Source of the DNA: Naegleria gruberi
Lineage: Eukaryota
Assembly: GCA_000004985.1 (NCBI GenBank)
Contig: GG738908.1
Direction: 5' to 3' (one strand)
DNA: 64,000 nucleotides
Both the position numbers and the translations under genes were made by a program. Each line of letters starts with the position of its first letter. Position 1 is the stretch's first letter. This document shows, in pieces, positions 45,572 through 55,757 of this stretch. Under the pieces are notes generated by a model that was not told where the DNA came from, ran no database searches, and saw only the letters and a program-made list of their open reading frames with translations.

Positions 45572-46795
45572 TTGAGGGATGACAGCAAGAAAGTTACAGA
45601 ACTATCATCTCATGAAAAGTTCTACCTTGATCGTCTTGATGGGTTAATGGCTAACTGTACTTTCTATGACAGAAAGTGGTTGCAAGAAAATATGAGAAAA
45701 GAAACTGGCTCTCAACCAAATACAGCTGTCAGACAATTCATGGAAAAATACATTCAAAAGTACAAATTCAGTGGAAAGATCAATGCTCCAATATTGCAAG
45801 ATAATATTTACAAAACCTCCCACCAATTAAAGCCAATCAACACTCGTATCAGTTTGTGGTTCCAAAATGAGAGAGAAGCATGTGTATTGGCTCATATCAG
45901 AGACGAAAGTGCATGTAAGAGAATGATGAAATCCAATGAAAATAAGCCAACATGCATCTTCCTTCATGGAGCAGGTTACAAGAAAGATCTTCCTCCTCAA
46001 AAAACACTCTCTGATTATTGGGGTAATGTGGCAGATTATGTTCCTCAATGTGGTGATGTTTGGTTTGGAGCAAGAGATACCAAAAACTTTGGTTGGGATG
46101 ATGAAAACTTGCAAAAATACTATTGTGAAACAGCTTTGTTGGGAAGTGGAAACTCTTCCACCATCAAAAATACCATTATTTACTCTCACTCAATGGGTAA
46201 TCTCATTTTGGCTGCTGCTTTCAAGAATGGTATTTGTGATATTGATCTATCAACATCTGAGTGGTATACTATTGGTTCTCCATTCAATGGTTCACTTGTT
46301 TCAAGAACAGCTCAAAGTATTTGTTACGATTATTACTATGACAATTTCAAGCTCAATAAGAAGGGTATTGTTGGTTGGGTAATTACTTTGGCAGGTTATT
46401 GCATTAAGGGTACACCAGATATCTTCCCAAGTTATGCCTCTGTTGAGGAAGGTTACTGCTCTCCAAAAGATGGCACCTGCATTCACGATTTGTATCAATT
46501 TGCTGATCCTTACGATAAGGGAAGAATGTGTGGAGATACTCCAATTGGCTTAATTACTCACTACAGCATTGCTCTCGAACTAGTTCATCTACTTGCTGAT
46601 TTACAATATCAATCCGATGGATTTGTTACTTTCCCAGCATGTCAAATGGATGAAGCAAAGAAATTTACTAGTGAATCACCAAATGATTTATGGTATAAGG
46701 GTGGAATAAATCATGCAGATGCGACTTGTAGAAATGGAAATGGGTGGTTTGGTCTGGGTAGAAAACCATGTTCCTTCTATACTAACAAGCAATAA
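45572..46795 (+). CDS. Alpha/beta-hydrolase, lipase-like, with a GHSMG nucleophile elbow (407 aa as in the track; the first ATG is at 45644).
   Basis: FLHGAGYKK ... IIYSHSMGNLILAAAF (GxSxG). It is Cys-rich. The stop is TAA. Confidence 0.6.
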   Translation: MRDDSKKVTELSSHEKFYLDRLDGLMANCTFYDRKWLQENMRKETGSQPNTAVRQFMEKYIQKYKFSGKINAPILQDNIYKTSHQLKPINTRISLWFQNEREACVLAHIRDESACKRMMKSNENKPTCIFLHGAGYKKDLPPQKTLSDYWGNVADYVPQCGDVWFGARDTKNFGWDDENLQKYYCETALLGSGNSSTIKNTIIYSHSMGNLILAAAFKNGICDIDLSTSEWYTIGSPFNGSLVSRTAQSICYDYYYDNFKLNKKGIVGWVITLAGYCIKGTPDIFPSYASVEEGYCSPKDGTCIHDLYQFADPYDKGRMCGDTPIGLITHYSIALELVHLLADLQYQSDGFVTFPACQMDEAKKFTSESPNDLWYKGGINHADATCRNGNGWFGLGRKPCSFYTNKQ

Positions 46796-47064
46796 ATCAT
46801 CACCACAGAAACAAGAATTTAACTAATTCTTTTCATCATGCTGTGTGTAATTTTTGCTGTAATCAACTTGTGCCATTTTTAAATATTATGATGCACATAC
46901 CTGCAAGTATCTAGTTATATTCATGTTTGATAACTCCTGAATCAACACAAATTCCTTCCGAGAATAACATTCTCTTCATCCTCTTATTCTCTTCTTTCTT
47001 CAATAATAAAAAAAACAAAATCTTTAAAAAATAATTATTGTAAAAAAAAATTGTTTTTGAAAAA

Positions 47065-49557
47065 ATGCGTAATTTCTCTTCTTTGCTGAAGTCTTCCACA
47101 AAGACGAAAGTAATTTCATCAACACCATCATCATCTCTTCTTAGTCAAATTAGAAGTTATTCAATCACTCACACTGTTTTGGAGGAAAATAAGGATGGTA
47201 ATCGTGGTCAAAATAATAGACCACAACAAGGTGGTAAACCATTCGTAAAAAAGACCTACAATAACAATAACTCTCAACAAGGAGGACAACAAGGAGGTGA
47301 GAATAGACCATACTACAAGAAACAATACAATAATAATAACAACGCTAGTGGTCAAGCACAAAGCACACACAACAAGAGACCATACATGAAACCAAAACCA
47401 CAAGGAACAACCCCACAACAAACTTCTACTTCAACTACTAATACTACCACTGCCAACACTACAAACACTTCCGCTGCTCCAAAGAGAATTGTTAAGAAGG
47501 ACGGTGAATTGTTGAAGGAAGCCCAAAAGTTGAAGGAACTTCAAAAGAAAATTAAGAATGAAGACGCAAATACTTCATCCACAGAAGTTGTTGAAGCACC
47601 TTTGGAAGAAGAGGAAGGCGTAATTATTGTCGATGATGCTGCTCAACCAACACAAAAGATTATGCAAAAGAGAGCCTTGAGTGAAGAAATTGAAAAGCAA
47701 GAATATTTAATGAGATTAGAAGGAAAGAAAAAGAAGCCATCTACTTCATTAAAGATTGCTAGTAATAAGAAGAAGGGTGCCAGAAAGCAACAAAGAAAGA
47801 AGGAAGGACAAAGCGAGGAAGGTGAAGAAGGAAAGGAATTCAAGGGTGAATTCAGAAGAAAGAAGAAGGGTGAAGAAGAAGAGGAAGAAGATGTTCTCAA
47901 GACTGATATTGAATTGAATCAAAGCTTTGCTGAAACAATTGATAGAATTTATACTGGTTTTAACCCAGAGTTGGTTCACGAACAACTTAACTCGATATCT
48001 AAGAGAGGTTTCATTCCAGCTATGGCTGAAATCGGAGCTGAAAGTGGTGCTAATTTTGCTCCACTCATGAAGCAAATTTTGACAGGAGTTGCCATTCACG
48101 ATGAAGCCTATCATAATCTTATGAGATTTGTTTCTAATTATCAAGCTCTTGCTCAAAAAGTTTTGGATTCTATGGAAGATAAGGAAAGAGCTGATAGTAT
48201 TAGAGAAATTTATCCATTCTTGGGTGAAGGTGCTACTATTGAAATTGACTCTAACTTTGATGTTAACGAATTTTTGAAACTCAATCCTGATGTTAGAATG
48301 AATCTTGTCCAATTGTTCGATCCTGACTATTTTACAAATTTGGAAGCTGTTGAATCTAAGGCTGCTAAGGACTTGGAAACTTTGGCTAATGAAGGAAAAT
48401 TAACTAGAAAGGAATTGGATTTATACAAGCAAGAAATTTCAACTTCACTTTTGGCTGAAAAATTATTGAACTATTTTAACTCTAAATTATTCTCACTCCA
48501 ACTTGCTGGTGTTAGTGATTTCTTCTTACAACAGGAAACTGTTAAGGAATTGGCTGATCACTGTTTTGATACTATTGTCAGAAAGAGAGGTTCTGCTGTC
48601 GTTCCATTCCTTCCAGAAGCTGAAAGAAACTTTATTGAAGAACGCGAGGCTAATTTGGGCATGAAATATGGCATTACTAGAGAAAATTTACATACATTTG
48701 TTGGAAAGGAATCACTTTTACGTGAAGGTACTTATCAAAGTTTGAATGGAAGAATTGAAGAATTACTTTCAAAGAAACGTGTCAACACAATTGCTATCGA
48801 AAATAGATTGAAGATTGAACAACCAAGTGATGACTTTGATAATGAAGACGAATACTACTATGGTGATGAACAAAATCCAGTTGAAGCTAAGGAAAAGAGA
48901 GCTAATGCTGTCAATTCAATGCTTGCAGACTTTAAATATCTTCCATTGAAGAGTCACGTCAGTGCTATCAGACATAAGATTAAGCAAAGATTATATCACA
49001 TTATGAAATACGTTTATGAACCAAAGCTTGAAACTATCCCATATATAAGAGATATTCCATTTACTAGTGGTCAATATCACCATGCTGGTAAGACTGGATC
49101 TTTTGCCAAGTTTGCTCCAATTGAAAGAAACTTTGATGAAATTATTGAATCAAGTAGTTCACCTGATTCTATTGCTAGAATTGTTCTCATCAATTATTCT
49201 AGAGCTTTGGGTCAAAATGATACAATTGACATGAAGTCTAAGATGAGTTTGATGCACAGATTTGGATCCTTCATCAAGACTCTCGATGAACAAGGAGATT
49301 TGATTGAACCTGTTGCTCTCAATAACGGTAAGAGAACCCACATTCACCCTAACAGAGTTAATCCTCGTGATGCTGAATTGGATCTCAAGTCTATTCACGT
49401 CAATGAACCTGAAGAACACTGGTTCTGGAAGTACATGGAAGAAGCTAGTGATAAGGTTGATGATGTCATTAGTAAGAGACTTGCTAGTGAAACTAAACGT
49501 TCCGATATTGGACGAGGTGGTAAGCCAAAAGTTAAGAAAGTTAGATCAAAGAAGTAA
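47065..49557 (+). CDS. Hypothetical 830-aa protein. Its N-terminus looks like a mitochondrial presequence, followed by a Gln/Asn/Lys-rich region.
   Basis: ATG at 47065. The N-terminus is MRNFSSLLKSSTKTKVISSTPSSSLLSQIRSYS (basic, hydroxylated, no acidic residues). There are Lys/Glu tracts. No family was assigned. Confidence 0.55.
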   Translation: MRNFSSLLKSSTKTKVISSTPSSSLLSQIRSYSITHTVLEENKDGNRGQNNRPQQGGKPFVKKTYNNNNSQQGGQQGGENRPYYKKQYNNNNNASGQAQSTHNKRPYMKPKPQGTTPQQTSTSTTNTTTANTTNTSAAPKRIVKKDGELLKEAQKLKELQKKIKNEDANTSSTEVVEAPLEEEEGVIIVDDAAQPTQKIMQKRALSEEIEKQEYLMRLEGKKKKPSTSLKIASNKKKGARKQQRKKEGQSEEGEEGKEFKGEFRRKKKGEEEEEEDVLKTDIELNQSFAETIDRIYTGFNPELVHEQLNSISKRGFIPAMAEIGAESGANFAPLMKQILTGVAIHDEAYHNLMRFVSNYQALAQKVLDSMEDKERADSIREIYPFLGEGATIEIDSNFDVNEFLKLNPDVRMNLVQLFDPDYFTNLEAVESKAAKDLETLANEGKLTRKELDLYKQEISTSLLAEKLLNYFNSKLFSLQLAGVSDFFLQQETVKELADHCFDTIVRKRGSAVVPFLPEAERNFIEEREANLGMKYGITRENLHTFVGKESLLREGTYQSLNGRIEELLSKKRVNTIAIENRLKIEQPSDDFDNEDEYYYGDEQNPVEAKEKRANAVNSMLADFKYLPLKSHVSAIRHKIKQRLYHIMKYVYEPKLETIPYIRDIPFTSGQYHHAGKTGSFAKFAPIERNFDEIIESSSSPDSIARIVLINYSRALGQNDTIDMKSKMSLMHRFGSFIKTLDEQGDLIEPVALNNGKRTHIHPNRVNPRDAELDLKSIHVNEPEEHWFWKYMEEASDKVDDVISKRLASETKRSDIGRGGKPKVKKVRSKK

Positions 49558-49636
49558 ATAGCCTTTGTGATTAGGGATAAATATCACTGTAATAAAAATT
49601 AATATTTAAAAAGTGACAATTAATTTTTATAACACA

Positions 49637-50269
49637 TTAAGAATCAAAATCTACAGTCATTTTGATTTTAACCAGAGTATTGGCAGCTTGAACATCTTCA
49701 TTTTCAATCTCAAACTCTGATTCCGAATATGACATGTCAGATTGTTCATCATTCGTTGTGGAAGTATCCTCATCTACATCCATTTTATATTCGTCTTCAT
49801 CGTCTTCTGTTTCAACTTCATCTTCACTCTCACTGTCAGATTCCACATTAACCTTTCTTGTTTGTCTTGTTCTTCTTGGTCTTGATGATTTTGCAGGAGG
49901 AGATCGACCACCACTGCTACTATTATTTGACATGTCTATTGAGTGTCCGGAAGATGAGACCGATCTAGCCCACGTTCCAAGTTTCCCCTCATCTGACAGT
50001 TCTCTTATTAGATCATTGTCCTTATTACGTGGTGTATTTGGATTTGATTTTTTATAAGCTGCTAATACCTTGTCAAGTAAGGGTCTAACTAATCTTCTTC
50101 TTGCATTGATGAACCAATTGTTAATACTCTTCATCTCTAGGCTTGTTTGATTAGATAACTGGTTCTTTTGTGCATCCGAAGGATAGGGGTGAAATAAATG
50201 ATCGTACAACCATTCTTTTAATTGTTCAACAGCTTCTTTTGGGAGTGTTCTTTTTTGAGCTTCTGACAT
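49637..50269 (-). CDS. TALE-class homeobox transcription factor (210 aa).
   Basis: ATG at 50269. The homeodomain has the three-residue loop extension: KEWLYDHLFHPYPSDAQKNQLSNQTSLEMKSINNWFINARRRLVRP. The C-terminal tail is acidic. Confidence 0.8.
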   Translation of the reverse strand: MSEAQKRTLPKEAVEQLKEWLYDHLFHPYPSDAQKNQLSNQTSLEMKSINNWFINARRRLVRPLLDKVLAAYKKSNPNTPRNKDNDLIRELSDEGKLGTWARSVSSSGHSIDMSNNSSSGGRSPPAKSSRPRRTRQTRKVNVESDSESEDEVETEDDEDEYKMDVDEDTSTTNDEQSDMSYSESEFEIENEDVQAANTLVKIKMTVDFDS

Positions 50270-51262
50270 TCTTTCTGATATACAATTAATAATTTAGTGT
50301 GATGATAATGTTATTTCTTGTTGATGTGATGATGTTTCTCTCACGGGTGGATTAGTTTTAATGTACAATTCGATATTTTCAAAAATCCTCAATTAGCCTT
50401 ATGACAATAATTATATACAAATATTCAATATCACAATTCTTGCTTGCAGGTTCTACTTAACAATCCCGTAACCTGCCAATCAACGTCAAAACGCTACACA
50501 ATTACTACAGAGTTTCAACTTGTTTCACTGCCACACAGTGTCTTTCCTTAGAGTTTTTGCTATTTTTTTTTTAAGGCTAAAAAACTTGTCATTTTTGTGG
50601 TATTTTTGAATGGAGGAAGAAGTTGCTAGAACTTTGCTGAAAAATTGCTCTTTTTTGCATTCCCAGAATGGCTAGAGATGAAACAATGCACACATGTGAA
50701 GGTCATCCACATTGCAATTCTGCTTATCTTTGCTTGGTGTGATCTTCATCATCATGTTGTTACTGCTTTGATGTTAAAAGAATAAAAGCAACAGAATGTG
50801 CATTAAGGAAGGGTCAAATAGAGAAGACGATTTTTCCAACTATTGTAATAAAGCAGTCTAAAGAAGGAAAATAAAAATCACTCCAAATAAATACATGGTG
50901 TAATGGGTGATGAGATTTTACAACAATAATTGGTGTGTCCATAGTCAAACTCCTCAGAATGTTAAACCTTAATGGAAATCAAATATTTAACTATTCTCAC
51001 AGGACATTAAATTTTACCCCGTTGACATGTTTATGTTGAGCTACAAAAGATTATTAAAAAGATTGCAACGATTAGAGAATTTTATAATCAAACTTGAGTA
51101 ACCTTTCAATTATTATTATTTGTTCCTATCAATGCAATTTTATATGAAGTTACATTTTCCAAGTTGAGTATCCTAGAGCATAATGAACATGCAACACTTG
51201 CCAACTTTTCTTCGTGATGAACTCCTCCTCATCACCACAGAAATCAAAAACCACCCAAAAAA

Positions 51263-53703
51263 ATGTCTTCAATCCGATCTATTTATTTGCTCTCCACAAA
51301 TCCACTCAAATTGCCAGAATATGTTCGTAATTTTGATCGATATGGTGTTAGGGTAGTCATTCGTGATCCGAAGGATTTTGATACTGATCAGAAAAAGTTG
51401 GAGTTTTTACAACAAAATACATCTGCTATTTGTTTTATTTGTGATCAGATGGATTTGTTCAAGAAGGGAACAAGTGAAAGGGCTAAATTGGAACATTTGG
51501 AATTGGTAGAAAGTAGTACAGAGTTGACAGTTTGGCAATTGAATAAGGAAAAGGATGCTCTTGTCAAGAAGGTTTTCAAGAATGTTCAGTATGGATTTAT
51601 TGATTTATCAAGAAAGAAGCCAAACTTGTTGAGAAAGACTGTATTTGGTTGGGATGATGTATTTGTTAATTTATACTCTGGTAAGAGTAATTTGGATCAA
51701 ATTGAATCAGGTGGCTCGAAGATTTCCTCTCGTGATATGGCTATTTCAGAATATATCAAGGAAAGATTCTACTATTCCAAGAGAAAGGATTTGAATTTTA
51801 CTCCACAAAATATTACTGAGAGAACTATTGATTTTAGAAAGAGTGTCTTGACATATTTTGAAGGACATAATTTGTACAATAATGAGTCAACTAGAAAGTA
51901 CAAGATTACCAATGTTTGGAAAACTGTTGTCAATGATGGTTTGGTATTCAAGTCTTCAAAGAATAGAAGAGAAAATAATTACTTTTCAACTCTTCTTAAT
52001 CCAGCACTTCCACTCGTTTCAAAGAGGGATCCAATTCATGAAACTACATTCCAAATGCATGACTGTGGACATTTTTGCATTCTTGAATTGATTTATACTG
52101 GTTATGAATCTACTGAATTGCAAAAGCTTGTATATATTGCTTTCAGAATGATTAGTGAGGCAGTTACCATGATGATGGCAGACGTTTTATTTATTCATGC
52201 ATTGAAAATGCAAGGTATTGAGTATGACTTTGATTCCAGAAAGATTTATCCTCTCTATTCCAGTTCTAATTTGGATTTTGATAGGGATGGTATTGTTCCA
52301 ACTTTGGAAAAATTGATTAGAGCCAATGTTGATCTTGCCCTCAAGGGAAATGACACCAAATTCAAAGCTATAGCCTCTACAGAAGCTTTAAAGACATTCA
52401 AGGACAAGTAAGTATTGAACGATTTGATATTTTATTGAAAATTTTCATTAGATTTGTACCATTCTTTGTTGAAGATTACAAGTGGAATGCAAACAATTAT
52501 CAAAATATGGAAACTAGAAAGGAGGAGATTAAAAAGTGGTGGGACAGTGTTGAACATGTTCGCCACTATACTCCAGAAATCAGATTCCTTACCATTGATG
52601 AGTTTATTGCACACATGGAAAATTACACTCCATCTGAGCTCACTTCTCTTCACACTGATGAAATTGTAGATATTGTATTTGAAACTGTGTGGCAAGAAAT
52701 GGTCAAGCCAGTATTTGAAAAGGATACAATTGAAGTTTTACCAGAAGAGCGTAGAAATTTCAATACTTTTGTTCGTTACATGTGTGGTCAATTGGCAATC
52801 TTTTCTGCCTTTGAAACTCCAGAATCATCCATCTATCGCGATGGTATTCTCAAGTTTATTAAGGAAAAGGCCAAGACCAAAACAATGACAATTGATGAAA
52901 TTGAGAATGCAGAGACTTTCTTTGGAGCCTATGTTGATTTGTTGGCCCAAAAGAATATGATTACCTATGATGATGCTTCCACCTATAAGGAAATTTATCC
53001 AATGTTTGAACCTTGCTACGTTTTCTATGATGAAAACAAATCCTACTATGATTCTCTTTCGAATGTCTACAAGAGACTCTTCAAGATTCCACACAGAATT
53101 ATTATTATGGGTTTACCAGGTTGCGGAAAGGGCACTCAATCCAAGTTGATTGCTGAAAAGTATGGACTCGTTCATATTTCAACAGGTGATTTGGTTAGAG
53201 AAGTTATCTCTAAACAAACAGAGCTTGGTAAAAAGTGTGAAGCCATCATTAACACTGGTGGTTTGTTGCCTGATGAGTTGATTAATCCAATTTTCTTGGA
53301 TAGAATCCTCAAAGAAGATTGCAAGACTAAGGGTTGGATTCTTGATGGATATCCAAGAACTACTTCAAATCTCGAATTTGTCAGAGCCAATCGTCTTAAT
53401 GTGACAGGTGTCATTTTCCTCACTTTGGACGATGATACAGCCATAGAGAGACAGTGTGGTCGTATTACTGACCCATTGACTGGAGCAATCTATCACAGCA
53501 AGTTCTTACCTCCTACTGAAGAAATCAGAGAACGGTTGGTTAAGCGTGCAACTGATAATGAAGAAAAGGCCAAGATTAGAGTTAAGGTTTATCATGACGA
53601 AATGGATCAAGCATTTGATTGGTTCCCAGAAGAAATCTCTCACAAGATTGATGCCACTCCTTCTCCAGAGGAAGTATTTGAGGCAATTAAAAAGCTCTTG
53701 TAA
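51263..53703 (+). CDS. Two-exon fusion gene, ~798 aa (exons 51263-52407 and 52452-53703). A ~380-aa N-terminal domain of unknown function is joined to a C-terminal adenylate kinase domain.
   Basis: ATG at 51263. A 44-nt intron (gtaagtattgaacg...ttcattag) at 52408-52451 joins ...ALKTFKD|K|FVPFF... in frame: the codon AA|A is split by the intron. Exon lengths 1145+1252 = 2397 nt. The adenylate kinase P-loop is IIIMGLPGCGKGTQS. The NMP-binding segment is GDLVRE...TGGLLPDEL...LDGYPRT. The LID-like segment is QCGRITDPLTGAIYH. Confidence 0.75.
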
Positions 53704-53747
53704 TCTGAATTTTATTAACATAATACAATAATTCTACAATCAATAAT

Positions 53748-54536
53748 TTAATTAATATTTAATTTGGCTCCGTTATCATCCAATTTTCTATAGAAAGCTG
53801 GCTCTCTAATAATTAATGGATATCTTTGGTGAGCAAGTTCACACATTAATGAGCAAATTTCTTGAACTTCAGTTTCGTTTCCAAAAGATGTCATTCTTCC
53901 AATAAGCAATTTGTGTAAATCTTTGATACTGATAGTGAATGTCAATGCATTGCATTTACAACCCAAATTGAGCATATTAAAGAATTCGGTATTTAACATT
54001 TCATTATTGACACCCTTCTTATCCCAAAATTGCTTATTTTCCTCTCTCAATTTCAAAAAATCTCTAATCATCTTTTTTTGGATTTCCTTGCTTTCTCCTT
54101 GAACACGATAAAAATTCTCACACATGGCCATTGTCTTGGAGGAAGTAAGACGAGCAATGGTTGCCTCCTTATGAGCACACAATTCCAAACAAGTTTCCAC
54201 TGTACAACCAGCAATCAAGAATGTAACATGAGTACCAGCATAGATTGACAAGTGTTTAGCTTCATTGATCATACGATCGTGAAAATTCAAACTCTCCTCT
54301 TGAGTTATTGGTTGATCTTTAAAGCTCAAGTATGTAATTCTACCTTTAAATTCGGCCGATTGCAAATAATCATCACCATGATTACAATGCATTGCTTCAT
54401 ACAATTCTTTTGCTTCTTCGGTATTTTGTGTAACTTCGGTGATCATCACTCCTGGTTTAATGACAAATAAATCATCTTCAACAATTCCTCCACTCTTTGT
54501 GATGAGAGTTCCGAGACGGCTTTTAAATTGAGACAT
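53748..54536 (-). CDS. ThyX-family (flavin-dependent thymidylate synthase-like) protein, 262 aa, with a non-canonical motif where RHRxxS...SxR is expected.
   Basis: ATG at 54536. By hand it aligns to ThyX: AKHLSIYA...TFLIAGCTVETCLELCAHKEATIARLTSSKT against HKHWSIFE...[29 protein letters not shown]. The C-terminal helix SIKDLHKLLIGRMTSFGNETEVQEI matches TIRDWIHYIELRTSNGTQREHIDLA. Confidence 0.5.
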   Translation of the reverse strand: MSQFKSRLGTLITKSGGIVEDDLFVIKPGVMITEVTQNTEEAKELYEAMHCNHGDDYLQSAEFKGRITYLSFKDQPITQEESLNFHDRMINEAKHLSIYAGTHVTFLIAGCTVETCLELCAHKEATIARLTSSKTMAMCENFYRVQGESKEIQKKMIRDFLKLREENKQFWDKKGVNNEMLNTEFFNMLNLGCKCNALTFTISIKDLHKLLIGRMTSFGNETEVQEICSLMCELAHQRYPLIIREPAFYRKLDDNGAKLNIN

Positions 54537-54960
54537 TTTTTTAATTTGTTTTTTTTTGTAAACTTTGGAAGAGAGAGATTGATGACGTTTGTAATCTTAA
54601 TATCATAACATTCTATATTCCAATTGGATAATCAATATGAATTTTCGAAAGTCCAATATTTCAGTATATTATTAACGTTATTATAGAGTTCAATACAGAC
54701 AAGGTGCTTCATCCACTCTGCCTTTAACAATTGACTGATTAACTTGTTATCCTTCCTAATTTATCAATTAATAACATCAGATACTCAAAATCTTATATCT
54801 GACCCTTCCTTTATTGTCCAATTTCTTCAAAAAGCAAAAATCTTAAAACGAAACCTTGATATCATGGTTATTATTGGCACTGAAAGGTGTGGTTATTACT
54901 TTGAAATCTTTTAAAAAAACCTTCGAGAATTGTACCACACCGTGTTTTCCACTCAAAACC

Positions 54961-55182
54961 ATGAGAAGGCTTACCATTGTTTTGTTAGTATGCATGTTAA
55001 TTTTATTTTTGGTTTGTGTGAATTCTCAACCACCTCCTTATCGAGAAGGAAATAAGGGTGAAACAAGTATCCCACCTCAACCATCTATCCAAACCGAAAA
55101 TTTACAAGCAAATTCAATTGTGTTTCAAGTCAATTCTGTGGTAAAATGGCAAGCCTATTTAAGAGGTAAATGTGATAAATAA
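54961..55182 (+). CDS. Small secreted peptide precursor (73 aa).
   Basis: ATG at 54961. The signal peptide is MRRLTIVLLVCMLILFLVCVNSQ. It ends TAA. Confidence 0.4.
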   Translation: MRRLTIVLLVCMLILFLVCVNSQPPPYREGNKGETSIPPQPSIQTENLQANSIVFQVNSVVKWQAYLRGKCDK

Positions 55183-55198
55183 ACATATCGATATTCAT

Positions 55199-55268
55199 TT
55201 CGCGATAGATCAGTTGGTTAGGAAGCCTAACACGCTTAAGGTCGCGGGTTCAAGCCCCGCTCGCTGTA
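55199..55268 (+). tRNA. tRNA-Val(AAC)-like element. The anticodon and T arms are canonical, but the acceptor and D stems pair poorly in my hand fold, so it may be a pseudogene or a divergent tRNA.
   Basis: The anticodon stem-loop GAAGC-CTAACAC-GCTTA matches the GCCTAACACGC signature of Val-AAC. The T-arm is GCGGGTTCAAGCCCCGC. The variable loop is AGGTC. The acceptor TTCGCGA/TCGCTGT gives only 4 Watson-Crick pairs plus 1 GU pair. The D-stem is GATC against GGAA. Confidence 0.45.
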
Positions 55269-55451
55269 ACCTTTTGCCCATTAGAACAACAATCCTTATC
55301 ATCTTTTTGTCAGCAATTGGAAAAAATTTCCAGAACTGCCTAATTCACTTTCTCAGCCTTTTTCCATTTATTAACATTGCTACATCACAGTCCATATCTT
55401 TAATTCCAAACTGAATGTATTCCACACCAAAAAAATCAAATCCACACAACA

Positions 55452-55706
55452 ATGAAAAAGTCCTGTATTCTCCTCACTTTCCTCATTTTCTTCCTCTTCT
55501 TGGCTCTTCTTGTTGAAAGCCAAAAGCAAAAGCCAACACGTTCTCCAAGACCTGTTCATCCAACTCCGCATGCCTCAGCACGTGTTCATCCAGCACATCC
55601 AGTTAGGCCAACTGCTTCAACTCATCCAGGACAAGGCCACGTTAGACCACTTCGCTCACTTTTGAGACCTCTTCGTTCAAAGCTTCGTCCACAACCTTCT
55701 CAATAA
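55452..55706 (+). CDS. Small secreted cationic Pro/Arg/His-rich peptide precursor (84 aa).
   Basis: ATG at 55452. The signal peptide is MKKSCILLTFLIFFLFLALLVESQ. The mature part has repeated HPxxP and RP motifs: RPVHPTPHASARVHPAHPVRPTASTHPGQGHVRPLRSLLRPLRSKLRPQPSQ. Confidence 0.45.
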   Translation: MKKSCILLTFLIFFLFLALLVESQKQKPTRSPRPVHPTPHASARVHPAHPVRPTASTHPGQGHVRPLRSLLRPLRSKLRPQPSQ

Positions 55707-55757
55707 AACAATTATTAACCAGTATTGTCATATTTTATTAATGGTAAAGCTAACAAT

